Below are positions 7,928 through 14,884 of a DNA stretch of 30,062 nucleotides, one piece after another. Numbering within the stretch: position 1 is the stretch's first letter; the number at the start of each line of letters is the position of its first letter. The DNA lies in contig JANLWJ010000542.1 in the NCBI GenBank assembly GCA_031364455.1, positions 1-30,062 of the forward strand. The letters are read 5' to 3'. The position numbers and the translations under genes were made by a program. The notes beneath the pieces are model-generated. The model was not told the origin of the DNA. It did no database searches and saw nothing but the letters and a program-made list of their open reading frames with translations. This stretch comes from Actinomycetes bacterium (GTDB lineage Bacteria > Actinomycetota > Actinomycetes > JAHEKZ01).

Positions 7928-8863
7928 TTGTCTAGCGATTCGAGCGTCATCAACTCAACGCTCGAATTCATTGTCGGGCGACATGGGCGGCTTCTTCTAC
8001 ATGCCGGTGGCTCAGCAGAGCCGGGCGGGCGTGCGGTAGTTGTACATGGCGCCTCCGGCGCTGGCAAGACAACGCTTACTACTGCCCTCGTCCAGAGCGG
8101 GCACGCCTATATCACCGATGAGACGGTCTGCCTAGATCCCGACACGCTCGTCATTGAGCCCTTCACCAAGCCGCTCACCGTCAAGCCCGGGTCGCAAGAA
8201 CTGCTGGCGCATCTGGCGCCACCGCCCGACGAGGTCTCCGAGGGCAGCGGCAACTGGCAGCTCCCACCGGAACGCTTGGGCGGTCCAGCGCTTCCCGACA
8301 CCGCGCTGCGGCCGGCCGTCATCGTGTTCCCGGACGTCGACCCGGATCGCACCGATGTCGAGGCCACACCGGTCTCCCCCGCTCGCGCTGCCTTCGTGCT
8401 CGGCGAGCAGTCGAGCGCGATGTGGGCGATCGAGCCGCGTCCGTTGGCGGCGATCGCCCGGCTCGTCACCGCGGTCCCTGCCTTCCGGGTCTTCTACGGG
8501 AACGCATTCGACGCAGCACCGGTGATCATCAACGAGCTCATGGACGCTGCCCCACCCGACGGGCTCGAGCCGCCCTCCAACCTTCCCCAGCCCGCCCCCA
8601 CCGGAACCGCCGGGCCACGACGCGCCGACGGCGTCGACTGGATCCTGCTCGCAGGCGAAGCCGTTCTCTTTGACGGCGAACACCTGCACCATCTCGACGG
8701 CCCCGGCGCGGCCATCTGGCTCGCCCTCGACGGGGAGCTCGGCCTTCCGGGCGTCGCCGCGGAGCTCGCCGACCACTATGGCGCCGACGCCGACCACGTC
8801 CTGCTCGACGTCGAGGACCTCGTGCGCGTCCTCACCGCACGAAAGCTGATCACCCACCCCTGA
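7928..8863 (+). CDS. HPr-kinase-related P-loop protein fused to a C-terminal PqqD/RRE domain
   Basis: LLLHAG, GASGAGKTT (Walker A), YITDE, PFTKPL. The last ~85 aa follow the PqqD pattern (VLFD..LHHLDGPGAAIWLALDG..VAAELADHYG..DVEDLVRVL). N-terminus is unusually short and the start is uncertain. Confidence 0.82.
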   Translation: MSSDSSVINSTLEFIVGRHGRLLLHAGGSAEPGGRAVVVHGASGAGKTTLTTALVQSGHAYITDETVCLDPDTLVIEPFTKPLTVKPGSQELLAHLAPPPDEVSEGSGNWQLPPERLGGPALPDTALRPAVIVFPDVDPDRTDVEATPVSPARAAFVLGEQSSAMWAIEPRPLAAIARLVTAVPAFRVFYGNAFDAAPVIINELMDAAPPDGLEPPSNLPQPAPTGTAGPRRADGVDWILLAGEAVLFDGEHLHHLDGPGAAIWLALDGELGLPGVAAELADHYGADADHVLLDVEDLVRVLTARKLITHP

Positions 8864-8874
8864 TCGAGGCCTGC

Positions 8875-8921
8875 GATTGGAACCTAGGGGGTTCCTGGTG
8901 CCCCTTAGGTTCCAATCACGG
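8875..8921. repeat. Palindrome copy A (17-bp arms, 9-nt centre)
   Basis: GATTGGAACCTAGGGGG-ttcctggtg-CCCCTTAGGTTCCAATC-acgg; arms are reverse complements with one G/T mismatch. Related to 16730-16776. Confidence 0.85.
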
Positions 8922-9017
8922 CGGGTCCGCACCACCCGGCTGGCGGATGCCACCGGGGCTCGGCGTCCGCGATCCTTGATTGGTTGGGGACCAGTCGATG
9001 TGTAGGGGGACAGGATC

Positions 9018-10421
9018 GTGGGGGGACGTCGTTGGCGCGCGCTCGCGGCGTCCGCCTGTGCCGCGATGGCGCTGCTCGTGCTGCAGCCCACCACCGCCAG
9101 CGCGGTCGCTGACACGACACCGCCGAACCCGCCAACGATCACCGGGCCGAGCGGCCGCGTCGCATCGACGAGCGCCGACATCTCGGTGACGCGGGCTGAC
9201 CCATCCGACACCGTGCTGTGCTTTGCCGACGGCATCGAGGTGAATTGCCCCGGCTCGTGGACGATCAACGGCCTCGACGAAGGTGCGCACACCGTCACAG
9301 CCACCTCCTACGACGCCGCCATGAACGAGTCCGCCACGGTGTACGTCTACTGGGTGGTCGACTCCATCGGGCCGGTCGGCACGACGATCGCGCCGAGCGG
9401 ACTCACGACGAATGCCACCGTCAGCTTCAACGAGATCGTTGCCGGTGTCTCTGCATCGTCTGTCCGACTGGTTACGGACGCAGGGAGCGCGGTACCGGCA
9501 AGCAGATCTTGTGTGACCAACACTCTCGAGGCGACACCCTGCGGCAGCGCGAGCGTGCGCAAGGTGCTCCTCAAGCCAGACGCAGGCTGGGTTCTCGGTG
9601 AGCGATACCGAATTCTCGTGAACCCGGTGGGCGCAGCGACTGTCGCCGACGACCTCGGCAACATCGCCGCCGCAACGAACTCCGCGTTTCGCGTGCAGAC
9701 CTGGACCGAAGAGCTCGGTGCCACCTACACCTGGCGCAAAGTCACCAACGACAAGGCACGAGGTGGTTCGTACCTGGTCGAGCGACGCCAGGGAGCGAGC
9801 GCGACCTGGTCGTTCAGCGGCGGATCACTGACGTGGGTAACCATGACCGGCCCGGCACTCGGAAAGGCCGAGCTCTACGTCGACGACACGCTCCGCGGTA
9901 CGTACAACAACTACAGCGAGCGCGTGCGGTTTGGTGTCGAGCGATCGCTGACCGGTCTTGGTGCCGGGCAACACGTCGTCGAGGTGCGCGCGCTCGGCAA
10001 GAAGGGCGCCCGTGCCGGGACGGGAACGCTCGTTGCCGTGGACGGCTTTGTCACGGCCAGTGGCAGTGATGTCGCTCCGGTGGTCGCGCAGACGTGGCAG
10101 CGCACCGACAACGCGAACGCGTCCAACGGCTACTACTCCATCGCCGACCTCGGCAGCCAGACGGCGTCGCTTACGTTCCGCGGCACAGCCGTAACGCTTC
10201 ACACCGCTGTTGGTCCGCGGTTCGGCGAGGTGGCGCTCTTCGTCGACGGCGAGCTGGCCAAGACCGTGGACCTCTACGCGCCGGCGGTGGCGTTCGGCGA
10301 GCAGGTGACGGTCTCCGGCCTATCCGATGCCCGCCACACCCTCGAGTTACGCGTCCTGGGTTCGAGCGCAGCTGCGTCCGCCGGGACAGGTGTCGTGGTC
10401 GATCGCATCAGTGTCGGGTGA
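9018..10421 (+). CDS. Secreted modular protein: Ig-like domains plus two jelly-roll (carbohydrate-binding-like) repeats
   Basis: Signal peptide ending TTASA. DTTPP..P.IT and L.EGAHTVTATSYDAAMN.S (bacterial Ig-like). FNE.V..V...L...YRILV (SbsA-type Ig). Two repeats of A.LTF.G..V....GP..G...LYVDG.....L....H.LE.RVLG. Confidence 0.8.
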   Translation: MGGRRWRALAASACAAMALLVLQPTTASAVADTTPPNPPTITGPSGRVASTSADISVTRADPSDTVLCFADGIEVNCPGSWTINGLDEGAHTVTATSYDAAMNESATVYVYWVVDSIGPVGTTIAPSGLTTNATVSFNEIVAGVSASSVRLVTDAGSAVPASRSCVTNTLEATPCGSASVRKVLLKPDAGWVLGERYRILVNPVGAATVADDLGNIAAATNSAFRVQTWTEELGATYTWRKVTNDKARGGSYLVERRQGASATWSFSGGSLTWVTMTGPALGKAELYVDDTLRGTYNNYSERVRFGVERSLTGLGAGQHVVEVRALGKKGARAGTGTLVAVDGFVTASGSDVAPVVAQTWQRTDNANASNGYYSIADLGSQTASLTFRGTAVTLHTAVGPRFGEVALFVDGELAKTVDLYAPAVAFGEQVTVSGLSDARHTLELRVLGSSAAASAGTGVVVDRISVG

Positions 10422-10490
10422 CTCCTAACCACACGCACTCGAAGCCCCACAACGTCAACCGGCTGTGCACTCGCCGCGCTCGGGAGCGCG

Positions 10491-12545
10491 TCAGCCCAGA
10501 CGGTCGGGGTCGGCCGCAGGGAGGATGTTGCCACCGAGGTCGGCCACTTGGACCTCCTCGTACGGAGCGGTCAATGGGTCAAGAGATGCACGCGGCGCCG
10601 TGAGCGGGTCGAAGGCGGGTCGCGGGGCTGGTGGCGTCCATGCCACGCCGGCCGGCGAGAACTCCTCGCCCACCGGCACTTCATCGACAGCAGTAAGCGG
10701 CACATCGTCGTCGAGGCCGAAGCGCGCGCCCGAAGCGGTATCGGACGGCAAGAGATCAACCTTTGGAAGACGGTGGCCGTACGGCGAGATCGCGTCGGCG
10801 AGCGGGACCCCGGCCGAGCCGCCGATCACCTTGTCCTCGGCAGGCACGACGGTTGAGAGCACCGGAGCGTCGCTCTTGGTCTCCTGCTTGCCCTCGCGGG
10901 CGACGGTGCTCGAAGAGACTGACACCGTCGGTGCGTCGGACGCGTGCACGGTTGCGGACGCCGCCGAACGCGGCGCGGGTTCTGGCGCGGGTTCACGCGC
11001 GGGGGCTGGCGCTGGCGCATCGGCGTCCTTGCCACCAGCGCCGTTCTTGACGGGGTCCACTTTCCCCACCGGGAAGGTCGGCGTCGGCGAACCATTTACA
11101 CCGGGCAACCCGCCGAAACCAGCGGGGATGACCGGTGCGTGGTCCTCGTACTTCCCGCGCGTCTCGGTTGCGCTGTAGTCGTACTGGTAGCCGTAGCCAT
11201 AGCGGTGCGAGTCCGGCCCGCGTGCTGGCGCCATGTTCATGACAAGGCCAAGGATCTTGCCGCCCACCGCCTCAACGCTGCTGACGGCCGTACGCAACTG
11301 CTCGCGGCGCGTCTTGCCTGTCGCAATCACCATCAACGCACCGCCCGCGAGTCGGGTCAGGACAGCGGCGTCAGTCACTGGCAGCAACGGAGGCGCGTCA
11401 ATGATCAGCGTCGCACGCTTCTCGAGGTGGTGAACGAGGTCAGACATCGCCTGGCTGCCGAGCAGCTCCGACGGGTTCGGCGGCAGTGGGCCGGATGCCA
11501 TAACCCAAAAGTTGCCGGTGGCGCCCCACGGCTGCAGCACGTCGTCAACGGTGGCGCGTCCGACGAGGACGTCGGTGAGGCCGGCGCCACCTTCGATGTT
11601 GAGATAGTCGGCGATCTTCGGGCGCCGCAGGTCTGCCTCGATCAGGAAGACCGGCTGACCGGTCTGTGCGATGGTGAGGGCGAGGTTGATCGCCGTCGTC
11701 GTCTTGCCTTCGCGCGGTACCGCACTGGTGATGACGATCGACTTCGGACGGTGGTCGATGTCGACGAACTGCAGGTTGGTGCGCACCTGCCGGAACGACT
11801 CCGCGCGCTTGCTCTGGCCCTGGACGTCGGTGAGCAGCGGTTTCTTCTCTGCGTCCGCCTCGTAGCCGATGACACCGAGTAGCGGCTGATCGAAGTGCTT
11901 GGCCAACGCATCGATCGACTTGAGGCGAGTGTCGAGGGTCTCCAGCAGCACCGCAGCACCGACACCAACTGCCAGGCCGACCAGAAAGCCAAGGGCCAGG
12001 TTGATCATCGTGCGCGGCGAGGACGGTGATGTGGGAAGCGAAGCCGGCTGAGTCGTCTTGATGGTGACCAGGGGGTCTCCACCCGCTGCCGGCACTTCAA
12101 GTTTGGCGACCTCAGCCCCCAGCTGCGCGGCCGTCGAGTTCGCGATCGACTGTGCGAGCGCCGGATTTGGGTCGGTGGCCGAAATCTCCAGTGTCACCGT
12201 GTCGAGCGGGTTGTTAACCTCGATCTGGCCGGCCAGCTGGCTCAGTGACTGCGGCAGCCCGAGGTCTTCCTTGACAGCACCCATGACGCCGTCAGCCGTG
12301 ACGACGTCCACGTAGGACTTCACCCGCTGCTGGGCGAAGTACGAACCGGTGAGTGCTTCACCAACGGCCGAGCCGCCACCTTCGGTGCTGCCGCCATTGA
12401 CCGAGACGAAGGTCGTCGCCGTGGCGGTGTACATCGGAGTGGCCAGCATCGAGGCGAGCGCTGCCGCCATGAGACCGAGGAGAGTGGTCGCCGTAATCAG
12501 GCGCCAACGAGCCCGAAGGATGTCTATGTAGTCCCGCAGATCCAC
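10491..12545 (-). CDS. wzc: Wzc-type polysaccharide co-polymerase / tyrosine autokinase with long Pro/Ala-rich tail
   Basis: Start moved to GTG 12545 (MDLRDYIDILRARW, GGAAGG upstream). Wzz-type N-terminus with two TM helices, ESFRQVRTNL, SAVPREGKTT, EADLRRP, IDAPP and Tyr cluster YGYGYQYDY. Confidence 0.92.
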   Translation of the reverse strand: MDLRDYIDILRARWRLITATTLLGLMAAALASMLATPMYTATATTFVSVNGGSTEGGGSAVGEALTGSYFAQQRVKSYVDVVTADGVMGAVKEDLGLPQSLSQLAGQIEVNNPLDTVTLEISATDPNPALAQSIANSTAAQLGAEVAKLEVPAAGGDPLVTIKTTQPASLPTSPSSPRTMINLALGFLVGLAVGVGAAVLLETLDTRLKSIDALAKHFDQPLLGVIGYEADAEKKPLLTDVQGQSKRAESFRQVRTNLQFVDIDHRPKSIVITSAVPREGKTTTAINLALTIAQTGQPVFLIEADLRRPKIADYLNIEGGAGLTDVLVGRATVDDVLQPWGATGNFWVMASGPLPPNPSELLGSQAMSDLVHHLEKRATLIIDAPPLLPVTDAAVLTRLAGGALMVIATGKTRREQLRTAVSSVEAVGGKILGLVMNMAPARGPDSHRYGYGYQYDYSATETRGKYEDHAPVIPAGFGGLPGVNGSPTPTFPVGKVDPVKNGAGGKDADAPAPAPAREPAPEPAPRSAASATVHASDAPTVSVSSSTVAREGKQETKSDAPVLSTVVPAEDKVIGGSAGVPLADAISPYGHRLPKVDLLPSDTASGARFGLDDDVPLTAVDEVPVGEEFSPAGVAWTPPAPRPAFDPLTAPRASLDPLTAPYEEVQVADLGGNILPAADPDRLG

Positions 12546-12581
12546 AGCGAGTGACCTTCCGGTTGCAGAGCGCCTCGACCC

Positions 12582-12607
12582 CTCTCGGCGCGGGGACGCG
12601 CCGAGAG
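12582..12607. promoter_or_regulatory. Perfect 11-bp stem-loop upstream of wzc
   Basis: CTCTCGGCGCG-ggga-CGCGCCGAGAG, 36 nt upstream of the wzc GTG. Function inferred only. Confidence 0.5.
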
Positions 12608-12680
12608 CACATGCAAGAGCGCCACCGCCGAAATCGGGGGCTCCCCCACCATGATGGCCTATGAACGCCAAAATTGGGAT

Positions 12681-13028
12681 GTGACGCGTGTGACAGAAGT
12701 GACGACTGGGACGTCACCGCGCTTCCGACGTCCGGAATGGGTCGCTCACGTGCTCGACGAGGCGGCCGAACCGCCCCGCGCTGTGCTGCTGCACCTGCCC
12801 TCTGGACGCCGGATCGGCCTCTCCGACACGGCCACCCGGGTCTGGCAAGAGATCGTCGCCTCCGGGGCCGAAGGCGTCCAAGTGGGTGTCATCACCGCCA
12901 ATGTGGCTCCTGAGTACGGGGTGGACCCTACGATCATCACTCACGACGTCGTCGCCCTGCTGGACGACATGGTCGCAGGCGAATGGGTCGAAATGGTTCA
13001 CGAGCACGAGGGGGGTGGGCAAGGATGA
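12681..13028 (+). CDS. Stand-alone PqqD/RRE-family protein
   Basis: AVLLHL.SG..IGLSDTATRVWQEI..ITANVAPEYGV..IITHDVVALLDDM..GEWV fits the PqqD/RRE pattern. Start uncertain (12651-12699). Stop overlaps the next ATG (ATGA). Confidence 0.8.
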   Translation: MTRVTEVTTGTSPRFRRPEWVAHVLDEAAEPPRAVLLHLPSGRRIGLSDTATRVWQEIVASGAEGVQVGVITANVAPEYGVDPTIITHDVVALLDDMVAGEWVEMVHEHEGGGQG

Positions 13029-13996
13029 GTCGCGGAGTCGTTACCGGTGGCATCGTCGGGGTGCTCGCCTTGGGCACCACGCTCCTTGTGGTGCTGGCCC
13101 TGCACCCGGCCCAGGTCGACGTTCCCCCCGTCGCGCCGTTCGAGATCGGGGCGGTCGCCGCCTACGGTGACACCGTCTGGCGGTGGGTCGGCCCCACCGA
13201 CTGCAACGCCGACGCCGACGTCGTCCAGCTGGAACGCAGTGTGGGCGGTGGCGACTGGATCGACAGCGCGATCCCGCTCTCCAACATCTTCGCCATCTCG
13301 TTCGCCGACGACCAACGCGGCCTGGCGACCGGGAACACCAGTGAGTGCGCCCGCGGAGTCGCCGTCACCACAACCGGCGGCCGCATCTGGAAGTACCGCC
13401 AGGACAACCCCGTCCTGCTCGACGCCTGGTTCCAGGGCAGCACCATCTGGGGCATCGAGCGGGTGATCGGTCAACCGGTGCTGGCGGCCTACAAGCTGGA
13501 CAGCCGCCTACGGCTGCGGCCGGTCCCTGGCATCGAACCGATCCAACCCTGCGACGCGTCCGACGGTGTCCCCGACCAGATCGCCTACTGGAACGACACC
13601 ACCGGGCTGCTCTTCTGCGAGAACGACGTCGTGGGGTCGCGCCTAGTCGCGCGCACCACCAACCAGGGCGAGAACTTCGAGCGGCTCGCTGACGACCGCC
13701 CAGCGACCGGCCTCGACGGCGGCGGGTCGGTGCTCGACATGGATGTCACCGGCACCGAGACCGTGTGGCTGCAGATCACCGCCGAGGCCGGATGCAGCGA
13801 GGGCCAGCTGCGGGTGAGCGACAGCCAGGGGGCGGTCTTTGCCCGGCTGCCGTGCCCGTCGAAGTCGGTGGAGATCAGCGAGGTCCTCGATGTGGCGTTC
13901 ACCAACGAGACCGACGGAGTCATGCTCGCCCTGCTCAACCGTGAGCCAGTGATGTACGTGACCAACGACGGCGGCGCCTCCTGGAGCACCAACTAG
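13025..13996 (+). CDS. Membrane-anchored Asp-box (BNR)/YCF48-like beta-propeller
   Basis: ATG 13025 overlaps the upstream stop. One N-terminal TM helix. Asp-box-like TTTGGRIW, TTNQGENF, SDSQGAVF, TNDGGASW, plus ISFADDQRG and VAFTNETDG. Six Cys. Confidence 0.75.
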   Translation: MSRGVVTGGIVGVLALGTTLLVVLALHPAQVDVPPVAPFEIGAVAAYGDTVWRWVGPTDCNADADVVQLERSVGGGDWIDSAIPLSNIFAISFADDQRGLATGNTSECARGVAVTTTGGRIWKYRQDNPVLLDAWFQGSTIWGIERVIGQPVLAAYKLDSRLRLRPVPGIEPIQPCDASDGVPDQIAYWNDTTGLLFCENDVVGSRLVARTTNQGENFERLADDRPATGLDGGGSVLDMDVTGTETVWLQITAEAGCSEGQLRVSDSQGAVFARLPCPSKSVEISEVLDVAFTNETDGVMLALLNREPVMYVTNDGGASWSTN

Positions 13997-14004
13997 CCCC
14001 TCGG

Positions 14005-14063
14005 TGAAAACTTACCCAGCGTTTCGAGCGCTGTGCGGCACCGAAAGGGCGGGTAAGTCTTCA
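14005..14063. repeat. Long-loop inverted repeat between convergent genes (possible terminator or REP-like element)
   Basis: TGAAAACTTACCC (14005-14017) and GGGTAAGTCTTCA (14051-14063), 12 of 13 complementary, 33-nt spacer. Confidence 0.55.
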
Positions 14064-14144
14064 GGACGCCAGCGCGGACGCCACCGAACGGAGCTCGCCC
14101 CGGGCGCGAACCATCACCTCACGTGGAGCGAGAAAGGAACAGGG

Positions 14145-14753
14145 TCAGTGCGAGCTGCGGCGACGCCGAGTGGCGATCACCAGCAGGAAGCCTGCACCGA
14201 GCAGAACCGCTGCCACCAGAACAGTTCCGGCGATCTCGCCACCGGTACGCGGCAGGCCGCCACCGAGGAACGGGACGCCGCCAACTGCATTGGCGTCGTC
14301 ACCTGAGCCGTGGCCGGAACCGTTCTCGCCGTTGCCGCCGTCATTGACTGGGACGACATTGTCGCCCACAGCGGTGACCGTCACGTCCGCCGAAAGGGAG
14401 AGGTCTTCGCCTGTGTCGGAGGTGCCCGACATGGTCACGCGGTTGACACCGGCAACGGTGAAGGTGACCCTGCTGGTTGCGATGCCCTTCTTGTTGGCGG
14501 TCGCGCTCGAGGTTCCGACCGACTCGCCGCCTTCACTGACGTCGACGGCCACGGCAGAGCCGGAGCTGAAGGTCTGTGCGGTAAACGTTACGGAGCCGCC
14601 GACCTTGGCATTGAACGAGGTCGCGGTGATCTGGTAAAAGACCGGCGGATAGTCGGTCTCGGCGTTCGCCGGAGCCATCCCCATCGGCATCGCCAGGACA
14701 GCAAAAATCGCCGCAAGAGACATACCGCGACGCAGTGTCTTGGTGCCGAACAC
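14145..14753 (-). CDS. Small sortase-anchored (LPXTG) surface protein
   Basis: Start moved to GTG 14753 (ATG 14723 is an alternative). Signal peptide ending APANA, one Ig-like beta domain, Gly/Asn linker, then LPRTG, hydrophobic helix and RRRR tail. Confidence 0.88.
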   Translation of the reverse strand: MFGTKTLRRGMSLAAIFAVLAMPMGMAPANAETDYPPVFYQITATSFNAKVGGSVTFTAQTFSSGSAVAVDVSEGGESVGTSSATANKKGIATSRVTFTVAGVNRVTMSGTSDTGEDLSLSADVTVTAVGDNVVPVNDGGNGENGSGHGSGDDANAVGGVPFLGGGLPRTGGEIAGTVLVAAVLLGAGFLLVIATRRRRSSH

Positions 14754-14884
14754 TCCGCACCCCCATCGTTTGCCAGACCCGGTGCAGTACGCCCCGAGCA
14801 CTCGTAACGTTCGCGCGAGGCCAGCCAAAAAGCCGGACCCGTGCATCGACTCGCCCAGCCTAGCGGCATATGGGCCGTTTGCGG

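Noticed and set aside
6737-8863. Lasso-peptide or PQQ biosynthesis cluster
   Set aside because: No asparagine-synthetase-like cyclase, transglutaminase-like B2 protease, radical SAM PqqE or PqqA peptide is present, and the cores are long Cys repeats.
12546-12671. 42-aa N-terminal extension of Wzc given in the ORF track
   Set aside because: MDLRDY at 12545 is the typical start and has a Shine-Dalgarno; the extension overlaps the divergent promoter region.
12681-12703. GTGAC repeated three times as a GlnR box
   Set aside because: Period is 9 nt, not the 11-nt period of GlnR sites, and the repeats fall in frame as Val-Thr codons of the RRE gene.
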